A stretch of DNA of 64,000 bases, taken from the NCBI GenBank assembly GCA_030141605.1, contig JAQGDQ010000029.1, positions 558,001 to 622,000 of the forward strand, given 5' to 3'. The notes below the pieces were generated by a model, which did not search any database, was not told the origin of the DNA, and saw nothing but the letters and a program-made list of their open reading frames with translations. The stretch comes from Tubiluchus corallicola (Eukaryota > Animalia > Priapulida). This document shows positions 1 to 10,453 of the stretch, piece after piece (within the stretch, counting starts at the first letter, position 1; each line of letters starts with the position of its first letter). The translations under genes were made by a program, and so were the position numbers.

Positions 1-399
1 ACTTCCCAGTAAAACACGCCAGGTATGTCGTTTGCTCCACCATCTTCCACCCTTTTAAAATTCTGCAACTCACACCTAGACCTAACTTCAGGTAAGCTTT
101 CCTCGTAATTAAAGGTAATACAGGTATCTGTGGCAGAACACAGGCGTGCGCATGAGACCGCTGTACTCGCGTTCGTCGTCAAAAGAGATGCTGCTTGTGC
201 GGCGTCGGTGTCCAAGCCAACTCGTTTGTACATTTGTTTTATCACCATCTCTTGACCTGAAAAATAAATGCGCAGTTTTGATTTCAGAAAATTAATGACA
301 CTTCTAAAATGGTGCACCTAAATTATTGGAGAGTTTGGGCTCGATATCACAATAGCAGAGTTAATTATACTAAGTCGTGATACCAAGCTTGAAATTCAG

Positions 400-481
400 G
401 AAGTGTAAAAAAGTGAAATGCAACCTAGATTTGAACCAGGGATCATCTGCTTACATACAACACTTGACCACCGCAATCCCC
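400..481 (-). mobile_element. tRNA-derived SINE head, degenerate
   Basis: Minus strand reads GGGGATTGCGGTGGTCAAGTG...CCCTGGTTCAAATCTAGG, with A-box-like and B-box-like Pol III motifs but no intact cloverleaf. Boundaries approximate. Confidence 0.35.
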
Positions 482-708
482 AGTAGTCAAGCCAGTCCAA
501 AGTTCATCCCTTATAACTGGCCAGCCAAAGTCACACCCAATATTAGATCGTTCACACAAGAACAATTCTAACTAGTTAGATCAATTATTTATTTTGATTA
601 ATTTTGAGCCTGAAATTTTCGTGAGCGATTAATTAATTATTATGATGTTAATGTAAAGGTTATTATTGATGATGCTATACAAATCCACAATTAATTAAAT
701 TTTGATAA

Positions 709-789
709 TGTTATGTATTTATCTAATTGTGATGTCTGGTGAATAAATTATGTTTATCAGTAATGGCTGCTTGTGCGTAGTTCACAATA
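709..789 (+). repeat. 5' LTR (81 bp)
   Basis: TGTTATGTATTT...TTCACAATA, identical to 5393-5473; AATAAA at 742-747. Confidence 0.95.
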
Positions 790-794
790 AAATG

Positions 795-813
795 TGGCGA
801 CTCTTGATGGGAT
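795..813 (+). other. Primer-binding site, complementary to tRNA-Arg(UCU) 3' end
   Basis: TGGCGACTCTTGATGGGAT, 5 nt after the 5' LTR. TGGCGACTCT is complementary to the ...AGAGUCGCCA end of animal tRNA-Arg(UCU). Confidence 0.75.
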
Positions 814-850
814 AGTTATCGCTGTATGAAGAATTTTAGTGAAAATTTAG

Positions 851-2059
851 ATGGCGAATGCACAGATAATTGGGTCCGTCAGCGAGTTTAATTCCAGTAA
901 GGAAGATTGGTGTAACTACCAGCAGCGGTTAGAAGCGTGGATGAGAGCGAATAATATTAATGACCAACAGAAGGTAGATGTTTTCTTGTCATTAATTGGT
1001 CCGGAAGCGTTTAGCTTAGTGTCCTCTCTTGTAACGCCAGATCCGGTGAATACGAAAACTTATGTGGAACTGACAAATAAATTATCGGATTATTATAAAC
1101 CACGCCGTAATAAGATAGCCGAGAGACTAAGACTCCGTGACAGAAAACAGCGTGAAGGTGAATCCATTGCGGAATATATTGTAGAGCTACAGAAATGCAG
1201 TAAATATTGCGAATTTTCAGCTCAAGAGCTGTCTGACAACTTGCGTGACACTTTTGTGTGTGGGCTTCGTGCTGGATTAATACAAAAGAAATTATTGGAA
1301 AGCTCTGATTTAACGTGGAACACAGCTCGGGAGATAGCATCAAATATGGAGGCAGCTACACGAGACACAAGTACACTTTCTGGCAGTGGATATGGTTCAT
1401 CCGAGGTAAACTACACTGGAAGAGGTAAAAATTTGAGAAGGAAATTGGTAAAACCTAGTTACCCGATGACTGTAAATAAACCGCATGTTTCAAGTAAATG
1501 TGGTCGGTGTTTGGGTGCGCATGAGGCATGGAGATGTCAGTTTAGGAATGCCAAATGTTATAACTGTTCAAAAATTGGGCATATCGCAAAGGTATGTAGA
1601 AGTGGACGTGGTTATGGACGTGGAAGTGGACGTGGACTACCTGGAAATACCAATGGTGTTAATCCAGACAGTGATTGTGCTGACGTGGTTCAAATTAGTT
1701 CCTTGTATAATCTTGGTACAGCAAAAAGTGCTACTACAAATGAGTACCAAGTGAGTGTCATTGTGAACAGGAAGCCAGTTTTGTTTACAGTAGATACTGG
1801 AGCTATGGTATCAGTTGTATCAGAAACTGAGTATCAGGAAAAATTTTCTATTCTGCCTTTGCAACGCACTAATTTAAAACTTCGTAGTTACTGTGGTAAT
1901 GAAGTACCGGTGTTAGGTCAAATACATGTTAGTGTGTGCTATGCAGGTCAGCAAGTGACCCTTCCACTTGTTGTGGTTAAAGGTGATCGTGTTCCGTTAT
2001 TGGGACGAAACTGGTTGAAGCATCTTAAGCTAAATTGGTCTGAAATTTTTAAAGTATAA
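851..2059 (+). CDS. gag: Retrotransposon Gag plus aspartic protease
   Basis: Knuckles CGRCLGAHEAWRC and CYNCSKIGHIAKVC; protease motifs VDTGA and LLGRNWL. Confidence 0.92.
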   Translation: MANAQIIGSVSEFNSSKEDWCNYQQRLEAWMRANNINDQQKVDVFLSLIGPEAFSLVSSLVTPDPVNTKTYVELTNKLSDYYKPRRNKIAERLRLRDRKQREGESIAEYIVELQKCSKYCEFSAQELSDNLRDTFVCGLRAGLIQKKLLESSDLTWNTAREIASNMEAATRDTSTLSGSGYGSSEVNYTGRGKNLRRKLVKPSYPMTVNKPHVSSKCGRCLGAHEAWRCQFRNAKCYNCSKIGHIAKVCRSGRGYGRGSGRGLPGNTNGVNPDSDCADVVQISSLYNLGTAKSATTNEYQVSVIVNRKPVLFTVDTGAMVSVVSETEYQEKFSILPLQRTNLKLRSYCGNEVPVLGQIHVSVCYAGQQVTLPLVVVKGDRVPLLGRNWLKHLKLNWSEIFKV

Positions 2060-2087
2060 GCCTACATGTGGTGCCACAGTTGATAGT

Positions 2088-3626
2088 GTGATGGAAAAAC
2101 ACAAGTCAGTTTTTCAGTCATGTAGTAAACCGATTGAAAGCTACAAAGCACACATTGAGCTTAAACAAGGTGCAAGACCTATATTTTGGAGACCACGACC
2201 AGTACCCTATGCTCTTAAGGATGCTGTGGATGAGGAGTTAACCCGGTTAGAAAACAATGGTATTATAAAGAAAGTGGAAAATAGCAAATGGGCTGCTCCA
2301 ATAGTGGTTGTCCCCAAAAAGAAAACTGGGAAGGTCAGGATTTGTGGTGATTATAAGGTCACAGTAAATCAGATGGTGGAAGACGAACCACATGATTTTC
2401 CGACAACAGCTGATATGTTTGCGACCCTATCAGGTGGTAAAATTTTTACCAAGTTGGATTTAACAAATGCATATCAACAGCTAGAACTAGACGAAGAGTC
2501 TAAAGAATTACTGACTGTGAACACTCATCGAGGCCTGTACCAGTATCAACGTCTTGCTTTTGGTGTGAAAACTGCGCCAGCAATTTTCCAGAAAATGATG
2601 GATAAAATTTTGTGTGGTGTTGAGCATACATGTTGTAAAATAGATGATATTTTAATTAGTGCACGTGATGACAAGGAGCATGTTAAATTGCTAGATAATG
2701 TGCTTACTAGATTAGCTAACCATAATATACATCTAGGCAGAGATAAATGTTATGTAGGTGTTCAAAGTGTTGAATTTTTAGGTCATATGATTGAGCCAGC
2801 TGGAGTTAGACCTACCGAAGAAAAGGTAGAAGCCATTCTTAAAGCTAAAACTCCCAGAAATGTTTCTGAGCTTAGATCATTCTTAGGTATTGTAAATTAC
2901 TACTCACATTTCTTGCCTGATTTATCAACTACCTTTGCTCCTTTGTACCAGTTGTTGCAAAAAGGTGTTCCATGGAAATGGTCATCAGAGTGTGACAGTG
3001 CACTAGGTAAAGTTAAACAGTGCTTAACTAGTGATTCATTGTTAGTGCACTATGATTTAAAGAAGCCACTCACCTTGGCATGTGATGCTTCACCATTTGG
3101 TGTGGGTTGTGTCATATCGCACATCATGGAAAATGGCGAAGAACGTCCGATTGCTTATGCGTCTAGAACCTTGACAGCTGCAGAGAAGGGTTACAGTCAG
3201 ATTGAAAAGGAGGCACTTGGCATAGTGTATGGTGTTCAGAAGTTTCACAAATATTTGTATGGGCGGCATTTTACATTGTATACCGATCATAAGCCTTTGA
3301 CTGCCATCTTTGGGCCAAAAACAGCTGTGCCTAGTCTTGCTGCGTTAAGACTACAGCGTTGGTCTTTAATTCTTATGGGCTATGAATATGACATCCGTTA
3401 CAGAAAGTCAAGTGAGCATGAAAATGCTGATACATTGTCTAGGTTTCCATTATCAGGTTGTACTTTAGCAACTGAGTTGGATGTTAATTATTTTTCTTAT
3501 GTAAATGATTTGCCAGTTACAGCAAAGAGTATCAGTGAAGAATCTCGTAAAGATCCTATTTTGTCTAGAGTATGGTATCATGTCATGAACGGTTGGCCGG
3601 CTCAGGTAGATCAAATAGTCCTTTAA
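2088..3626 (+). CDS. pol: Pol: reverse transcriptase plus RNase H (frameshifted segment)
   Basis: WAAPIVVVPKK, RICGDYK, LDLTNAYQQ, LAFGVKTAPAIFQ, KIDD; RNase H ACDASPFGVG, EKEAL, TDHKPL, NADTLSR. Confidence 0.93.
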   Translation: MMEKHKSVFQSCSKPIESYKAHIELKQGARPIFWRPRPVPYALKDAVDEELTRLENNGIIKKVENSKWAAPIVVVPKKKTGKVRICGDYKVTVNQMVEDEPHDFPTTADMFATLSGGKIFTKLDLTNAYQQLELDEESKELLTVNTHRGLYQYQRLAFGVKTAPAIFQKMMDKILCGVEHTCCKIDDILISARDDKEHVKLLDNVLTRLANHNIHLGRDKCYVGVQSVEFLGHMIEPAGVRPTEEKVEAILKAKTPRNVSELRSFLGIVNYYSHFLPDLSTTFAPLYQLLQKGVPWKWSSECDSALGKVKQCLTSDSLLVHYDLKKPLTLACDASPFGVGCVISHIMENGEERPIAYASRTLTAAEKGYSQIEKEALGIVYGVQKFHKYLYGRHFTLYTDHKPLTAIFGPKTAVPSLAALRLQRWSLILMGYEYDIRYRKSSEHENADTLSRFPLSGCTLATELDVNYFSYVNDLPVTAKSISEESRKDPILSRVWYHVMNGWPAQVDQIVL

Positions 3627-4909
3627 TGCCTTATTTTCTTAGACGCCATGAGTTGTCTAATGACAATGGTTGTCTTCTTTGGGGGTTACGTGTCATTATA
3701 CCAACCCGTTTCCAGTTTCAACTACTTGACGAATTGCACCGTGAGCATTTTGGAATGGTACGTATGAAAGCTTTAGCTCGTTCTTATTTTTGGTATCCTG
3801 GCTTAGATGCTGATATCGAAAATTTAGTAAAAGGCTGTAGTGTATGCCTTAGTGTTAGAAATAATCCAGTGCGTGCACCAGTAATTCCGTGGAAATTTCC
3901 GTCTAAAGTGTGGGAGAGAGTGCACATTGATTTCTTTGAGATTGATGGGAAGCATTTCCTTATCTTGGTTGATGCCTATTCTAAATGGTTAGAGATACAG
4001 TATATGCCATCTACAACTTCTACAAGAACAATCGAAGTACTTGGTACTTGGTTTGCTTCTTTTGGGCTACCTGTTGAGTTAGTATCTGACAATGGGCCTC
4101 AACTGGTATCTGAAGAGTTTGAGAACTTCTTGAGATCAAATGGTGTAAAACATTCTGTTTCTCCTATTTACCATGCACAGAGTAATGGTGCTGCTGAACG
4201 TAATGTTCAAACTGCAAAATTAGCTTTAACTAAATACATGATGGAAGCTAAGAATATACCTTACATGACTATTTGTAAAATGCTGAATAACTTTTTACTT
4301 ACTTATAGGAATACTCCACGTAGTACAACTGGACGTAGTCCAGCAGAACTTATGTTGCAGAGAATGCCTAGAATTAGATTTAGTATGTTAAAGCCAGATT
4401 TAAGAGAGGAAGTGGTTAGTAAGCAGGAGAAAACAGTTGATCATGATAAAACTGTTCGTGAATTCTCTGTAGGTGAGACAGTTAGGGTGAGGAATCACCG
4501 TGGAGGTGTGCTTAAATGGGACATTGGCAAAGTTCTAAAGAGAATTGGTGTTGTTAGGTACAGAGTTAAGATTGGTTATCAGGTTAAGCATGTACATGTA
4601 AATCATATGCTGAAAAGTGGAGAATTCGTTAAGGATGATGATTGTGTAAAATTCGATGGGTCTACAGATGATGTAATCGAAGTTCCAGTTAGTCAGCCTG
4701 TGGCTGAATCTGAAACATTGCCTGTAAAAGATTCAAGTTCCATTGCTGAATCAGTTAAAAATTATGATGATGATTTGCCGACTGTAGACAAACCTTCAAT
4801 TTTTGAAGAAAATCATCCAGTAACGGTATTGCCTAAACCACCTGTAGAACCTGTTAGACGATCCAGTAGAATCAGGAAGGCTCCTGATAGGTTGATTGAG
4901 TCTGTGTGA
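3572..4909 (+). CDS. pol: Pol: integrase (frameshifted segment; true frame begins near 3613)
   Basis: HHCC (LHREHFG...CSVC); DDE core VHIDFF, SDNGPQ, NGAAER; YRNTP; C-terminal RRSSRIRKAPDRL. Confidence 0.93.
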   Translation: MVSCHERLAGSGRSNSPLMPYFLRRHELSNDNGCLLWGLRVIIPTRFQFQLLDELHREHFGMVRMKALARSYFWYPGLDADIENLVKGCSVCLSVRNNPVRAPVIPWKFPSKVWERVHIDFFEIDGKHFLILVDAYSKWLEIQYMPSTTSTRTIEVLGTWFASFGLPVELVSDNGPQLVSEEFENFLRSNGVKHSVSPIYHAQSNGAAERNVQTAKLALTKYMMEAKNIPYMTICKMLNNFLLTYRNTPRSTTGRSPAELMLQRMPRIRFSMLKPDLREEVVSKQEKTVDHDKTVREFSVGETVRVRNHRGGVLKWDIGKVLKRIGVVRYRVKIGYQVKHVHVNHMLKSGEFVKDDDCVKFDGSTDDVIEVPVSQPVAESETLPVKDSSSIAESVKNYDDDLPTVDKPSIFEENHPVTVLPKPPVEPVRRSSRIRKAPDRLIESV

Positions 4910-5381
4910 TTTGTTTGCAAATTGATACCTTAATTGAAATAATTTAGTACTGATTTGGAATTTCTGTATTAGGGCACATACAAATTGGTGTTTGTATTTT
5001 CATTGGCTAATTGTCATTATAGCTTATAATAGTTATTCTGATTGAAGATTTCTTTTGGTATACTATACCTAATTAGAGTTATATTACACGTAATTAGGTC
5101 TACTTGTTACTTACGTGTTTTAGTTGTCGCAATTCATTATAGTTGTGTTCAATTATTTTGAGAATTCAGTACATATTACTCTGGCTGTTTGATGGGTTTT
5201 CCCCAAATTACTTTACTGTGTAAATTTAAATGGTTTGAGAGAGAATCAAACAAGTTAAATAATGCCTAAAAGTTCACAGTGGTGTATTCATTGTGCATTG
5301 AAGTTGTATTGCACATTTCAAAAACCATCTTTTGTTGATTTTCCTAAATGTGTTAAGTTTATTTGATGCTAGTTTATATCT

Positions 5382-5391
5382 AGAGGGAGGA
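5382..5391 (+). other. Polypurine tract
   Basis: AGAGGGAGGA immediately before the 3' LTR. Confidence 0.85.
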
Positions 5392-5392
5392 T

Positions 5393-5473
5393 TGTTATGT
5401 ATTTATCTAATTGTGATGTCTGGTGAATAAATTATGTTTATCAGTAATGGCTGCTTGTGCGTAGTTCACAATA
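5393..5473 (+). repeat. 3' LTR (81 bp)
   Basis: Identical to the 5' LTR and followed by the GATAA TSD. Confidence 0.95.
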
Positions 5474-6739
5474 GATAAAACAATCAAATTCGACGTCTGC
5501 AATGTAAACTGAAAGTTCCTTGTTCAAATACAGGCTGCATTCCAACTTTGGTGTCAGACACCAGTTAAATTAAAAATATGTACAGTTTTATTTATTTTAA
5601 CTAATATTTGTTAAAATTTATTTACGAGTTTTCTATAACTACTTGTTAAAAATCCCACAGTAACCGCATGATGAAAATCTTTTTCACTACCTGATCATGA
5701 CTGATATACGTGCAGTAGAAACGTTATTATTTTTAATAAAAAAATGATAAGTTCGTTGTTTATTGTGTGATGTTTAACAAATTGTCGTTCTTGCTAAACT
5801 AAGAGTTTGAAAACTCAGTTCGTATATAACTGTGCATTTATTAAAATTTACTCATCGTCCATCGAGGTGACTTTGTTTCTACTGAGGCTGACATATCCGA
5901 ACAGCAAGAGCTTGTTCTTAAAATAAATATCACAAAGTTTAAACCTTTTCTTGTGTATGCAGATAATAATACTTATACAGCTGCTAGTTATTTGTCCGAC
6001 CAAAAAAGCCCGCTAAAGTTGTCAAACAATTGTTTTTGCTCTGCATTACCAAAAACAGAAAAAATCGTGCCCCTGGCTTTCTAATGCAGAAAGCACCAGA
6101 TTCTAAAAAAAGTTGTATAGCTAATATAACCAGTGTTTCCATTAACTGTATTTTTAAAGATAATCTTCAGGTGAATTATAATGAAAAGCGGAATCATTTG
6201 TTTGAGATTATTGTAAACTAAAATGAATTACTTACCACTTATTAAAGAAATAAGAACAGAGGTAAATAGTAGCAGGCCCACTCCTGACAAATAGCTAAGC
6301 GTCATTGTCCTAGCTTCACTGCAGTCGTTTTAGTACACGTTTAAAATCCTTCAAATCACTCTGTAAAATTATGAATCTGCTTGTTATAGAAAAGCAAAGT
6401 TTAGGAATTGATCAAATATACCAGCAATCTACGATCCTGTTATTAGAAAGTATTTACGCTACTTAACGAAGGTACACTTACTTTTTTTAAGTAGACGCCT
6501 ATAAATTACGCTCTGCAATTCAGTTAACAATATTCACTTAATCGGCACTTTTCGCCATTACTGTATGTTGGTTACAGCTCGTTTTCTGTAACTGTAGTGC
6601 CACCCACTGTTAACGTTGCAGCAATTTTTCTTGCTAACAAAGTAAAAGAACATCTGTGATTATTTTGCCAACCTATTATAGAATTTCATTCTACACGTAA
6701 TCGTTTCCTTGCCTTCAGCTTCGCTACTAAATCATATGA

Positions 6740-7240
6740 GGTATGATTTACATAAACTCCTAGCAACCCAATCGACTGGTTTAACGTCACGCATAAAACT
6801 CAATATCTTCATGAGTATAGAATTTTTGACGATATCGGTTAAAAAGTCTATAGCACTTCTATAGTAAGTGTCATCGAGCTTAACGTAAGGCGTAATTGGT
6901 TCCTGCCTGTCTAGGAAAAAGTAGAATGATCGAAATTAGAAACTACGATTAGGAAATGCTCAAATTTAAATTCCTTTAAAAGAAAACTGAAAACTCAACT
7001 TTTAAGCAGTATTTTAATGTATATGTGGTGAATATTTTGCAAATTTTTATTATTTATAGATATGTCTAATTCTACTATTGTTTGCTAGTATTTTATCTAA
7101 ACATTTTTAATTGTACAGTCCTTTTTGGATGCTATTTGTGAGTTCCAAACGCGAAATCCAGTTTAACTAGCACATACATAATTTGCCCTTATACAAGACA
7201 TATCAAAGAAATGTCTGCATGTTGATTAGGCTTTTCAAAT
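6740..7240 (+). mobile_element. Decayed L2/Crack-type LINE 3' end
   Basis: Remnant FKRKLKTQLLSS ORF2 terminus near 6975-7010, followed by an AT-rich 3' UTR. Boundaries approximate. Confidence 0.45.
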
Positions 7241-7297
7241 ATATTTAGTCTGAGCACTACTAATAACCGTCTTATAAGTATGTTAACATTTCCAAAC

Positions 7298-7345
<48 letters not shown>

Positions 7346-7390
7346 TTATTATCATTATCATTTGTTTTCGATAAACACGATATATACATT
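7298..7390 (-). repeat. (ACT)n microsatellite plus retroposon tail, shared with 27738-27797
   Basis: TTATTATCATTATCATTTGTTTTCGATAAACACGATATATACAT occurs at both sites. On the minus strand it ends in a trinucleotide tail. Confidence 0.7.
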
Positions 7391-7742
7391 TACAATTATA
7401 TTAAGTTCATGTTGCTGTAATTATGATAATTATCATGGCAGCTTTTGACTTTATCAATTCAAGATCTGATCAACCAAAAACTATTCTGTTAACATAATAT
7501 GCGTTTGGCACATCAGTTATCTTTGCAAGCTTGCTGTGTTAATTTAATCCTGGCGTTATCCCACAATACTTTATAGCCACTTTAAATGCCCCATAATTCA
7601 GCTACCAGCAACATCACAAATAATTTATGAGTTTGCCCCAAAAAATGCTCAAGTGTTTTTCATTAACGATACAACTTAAACACGTACTTTAAAAATTTCA
7701 TAGTGTTTTTTATACATGCAAGCATGTATGGGCATACTAGAA

Positions 7743-8750
7743 GGTTCCATTAGGTAATGTTAGGTTCCATGGTAAGGTTTGGTTGATACCACGGTAATGC
7801 TACGTGTGTTCCATGGTAATGTTAGGTTGGTTCCTTGCTAATGTAAGGTTCCAAGGTCATATTAGGCTCCACGGTAATGTAAGGTTCCATGATAATGCAA
7901 GGGTCTATGGTCATGTAATGTTCCAAGGTAATATTAGGTTCCATGGTAATGCAAGGTTTCATGGTAATGCAACATTCCATGGTAATGCAAGGTTTCATAG
8001 TAATGTTAGGTTCCATGGTAATGTTAGGTTCCATGGGAATGTTAAGTTTCATGGTAATGCTAAGTTCCACAGTAATGCTAAGTTCCATGGCAATGTTAGG
8101 TTCCATGGTAATATTAAGTACCATGGTAAAGTTAAGTTTCATGGTAATGTTAGAAACCATGGTAATGTTAGGTTTCGTGGTGATGTTAAGTTCCATGGTA
8201 ATGCAAGGTTCCATGGTAATGCAAGGTTTCATAGTAATGTTAGGTTCCATGGTAATGTTAGGCTCCATGGTAATTATAGGCGCCATGGTAATGTTAGACT
8301 CTATGGTAATATTAGGTTTCATGGCAATGTTAGGTTCCATGGTAATGCAAGGTTTCATAGTAATGTTAGGTTCCATGGTAATGTTAGGCTCCATGGTAAT
8401 TATAGGCGCCATGGTAATGTTAGGCTCTATGGTAATATTAGGTTTCATGGCAATGTTAGGTTCCATGGTAATGTTAAGTACCATGGTGAAGTTAAGTTCC
8501 ATGGTAATGTTAGATTCCATGGTAATGTTAGGTTTTGTGGTGATGTTAAGTTCCATGGTAATATTAGGTTCCACGGGAATGTTAAGTTCCACGGTGAAGT
8601 TAAGTTCCATGGTAATGTTAGGTTCCATGGGAATGTTAAGTTTCATGGTATGCTAAGTTCAATGGTAATGTTAAGTTTCATGGTAATGTTAGGTTCCACG
8701 GTAATGTTTGGTTCCATGGTAATCTTAGGTTCCATGGTTATGGTTAAGCT
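7743..8750. repeat. 18-bp minisatellite, about 55 units, consensus TTCCATGGTAATGTTAGG
   Basis: Clear 18-bp periodicity; higher-order duplications with 126-bp (8215 vs 8341) and 360-bp (about 8095 vs 8455) offsets. Confidence 0.95.
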
Positions 8751-8754
8751 TTAA

Positions 8755-8900
8755 AGCACAAGAAAACACGTTGTATTTGGCTGACACAAACATTTTAAGC
8801 TATTAAGAATTTTCTTTGCCAGTTTACATAAGTCTTTCAAACAGGTAAACGTAATGCAAAGTAATACAACTTTGTCAGAGAAGCTCTTTGGGACATACTC
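8755..8900 (-). mobile_element. Partial Kolobok-like non-autonomous element (family B)
   Basis: TTAA then AGCACAAGAAAAC end; TTACATAAGTCTTTCAA core shared with 14126-14784 (reverse) and 35526-36112. Confidence 0.55.
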
Positions 8901-9067
8901 TAACAATTTTTTTGATTCCCTTTTCAGGTAATCAGTTCTATAAAACTTTCAGAATTTAGAAGAATCCTCTATTCAGAATGGTGGAAGCGGCTATATGTTA
9001 CATAACCCTCATGGCACGCCTTAAAGTCATTTAATAAGTTTTTATTCTTTGTTCCACAATGAAGCAG

Positions 9068-9193
9068 CCTGCATCAAGAAGACAAGGGTTGTCCTGTGCT
9101 AACTGCCATACTTCCACCACCACACTCTGGAGGAGAAACAGCGAAGGGGAGCCAGTGTGCAATGCCTGTGGACTGTATTTCAAATTACATAAT
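9068..9193 (+). CDS. GATA456: GATA4/5/6 transcription factor, C-terminal zinc-finger exon
   Basis: CAG acceptor, 126-nt phase 0-0 exon encoding [48 protein letters not shown] donor. Not in the ORF track. Confidence 0.95.
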
Positions 9194-9564
9194 GTGAATA
9201 TCAAAAAGTACATCTATAGGACATCAGCGGGCACTTAATTATTCATTAAATTATCCATCGGGTTAATGAATTGATCTACTCAGAAAGAAAACAATATGTT
9301 CTGTCAGTGCAACAGAAAAAAGTGGGTTGTGCCCTTGGGTTTTGAAAACATCCTTATCTATTAATTATACATAGTTCTTTTGGTTTCAACATATAAAAAA
9401 CTAAATTGTTTTTATGCAAACAGTGTAGCATTCACTTAAACTTTTACCTGACTGGAGATTCTGTGTTAAGATATTAACATGAAAAAGCCAAAATAACTGG
9501 TACATCAAAATTAGTTAAATATATTGTTGATAAAATAAAAATTTGCCTTGAAAAAAGTAAAAAA

Positions 9565-9676
9565 AAATCGTCATTATAGTGAAACATGCATCGTTAAGTG
9601 AAAAAAGGTGTCAAATGCTCAGCATCGTTAAAACAAAATGTTACTAAACGGGAAGTCGTTAAGTGAGGACTCACTG
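9565..9676 (-). mobile_element. Tigger/pogo-like DNA transposon end
   Basis: Minus strand TA then CAGTGAGTCCTCACTTAACGAC, with repeated subterminal TCGTTAAGTG motifs. Confidence 0.5.
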
Positions 9677-9863
9677 TAGCTATTCACTACACGTATTGGA
9701 CTACGGCTTTTGTTTGAAATGTGAAAAAAATTCTCTATGTTTTGGTTAAAAAATTGTTTCAACAAGTCTAATTCATTACTAACTCATTACTACTACATTA
9801 ATTCATTACATTTAACTAAATGTTACATTTTTTACTTACTTACTGGCAGTAAGCTATTTAAGT

Positions 9864-10140
9864 GACGATTGTATTGTGTTTCTTACACAACATATTTTTA
9901 AACCACTCTGAATTATTGCATGTTTAAGAACAGTGTACGTTGTTGCAGAGCCTATCCTGAAAGCACTACACATGTAAAATGATTGTATGTTTCTTACAGA
10001 ACATATCCTAAATGTGCTCTGGAATATTGCATGTTTAAAACGAGTCTATGTTTTTACAGAACATTCTAAAAGTGCTCTGGAATATTACATGTTTAAAACA
10101 ATTATATGTTTCTTATGAAACATCTTGAAAGTGCTGTAGT
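9864..10140. repeat. Degenerate tandem repeat, about 50-60 bp unit
   Basis: Recurrent TGTTTCTTACAGAACAT...AAAGTGCTCTGGAATATTGCATGTTTAAAA. Confidence 0.6.
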
Positions 10141-10216
10141 CCGTAGTCCAATATGCGTAGCAGCTGCCCAAATCTGTCCCCTTGTGCCAAGTTGAACTTG
10201 CACTGCTGATTTGCAG

Positions 10217-10358
10217 GTAAACAGACCCTTAGCTATGAAGAAAGAAGGCATCCAGACCCGGAAAAGGAAGCCAAAAAATGCTAACAAAACCAAGACCAGT
10301 AATGGTTCCACCAGCAGCACAGATTCCAAATCCTTGCCGAATACACCAACTACTCCAG
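10217..10358 (+). CDS. GATA456: GATA4/5/6 basic-domain exon
   Basis: TTTGCAG acceptor, in frame with the previous exon; [20 protein letters not shown] is the GATA456 signature (GATA123 has TRNRK); phase-1 donor G|GTAGGA. Confidence 0.93.
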
Positions 10359-10453
10359 GTAGGAATGCTTCACAGAGTTTATTATCAACTCACTATTAAC
10401 TTTTATTAGACCAAAAAGTAGAAATACAGCCTCCATTACTTTGTTCTGTCTAG

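Larger units (their letters stand above)
709..5473 (+). mobile_element. Full-length Ty3/Gypsy LTR retrotransposon, Mag-like clade
   Basis: Identical 81-bp LTRs at 709-789 and 5393-5473; 5-bp TSD GATAA (704-708, 5474-5478); PBS; PPT; domain order gag-PR-RT-RH-IN. Very short LTRs and twin Gag zinc knuckles are Mag-clade traits. Confidence 0.95.

Noticed and set aside
2046-2054. -1 ribosomal slippery heptamer TTTAAAG
   Set aside because: Wrong register in the gag frame, and the shift needed to reach RT is +1.
7822-8656. 274-aa minus-strand and 237-aa plus-strand repeat ORFs
   Set aside because: Alternative frames of the 18-bp minisatellite.
7743-8750. CRISPR-like array
   Set aside because: Contiguous tandem units with no unique spacers, in a eukaryotic context with no cas genes.
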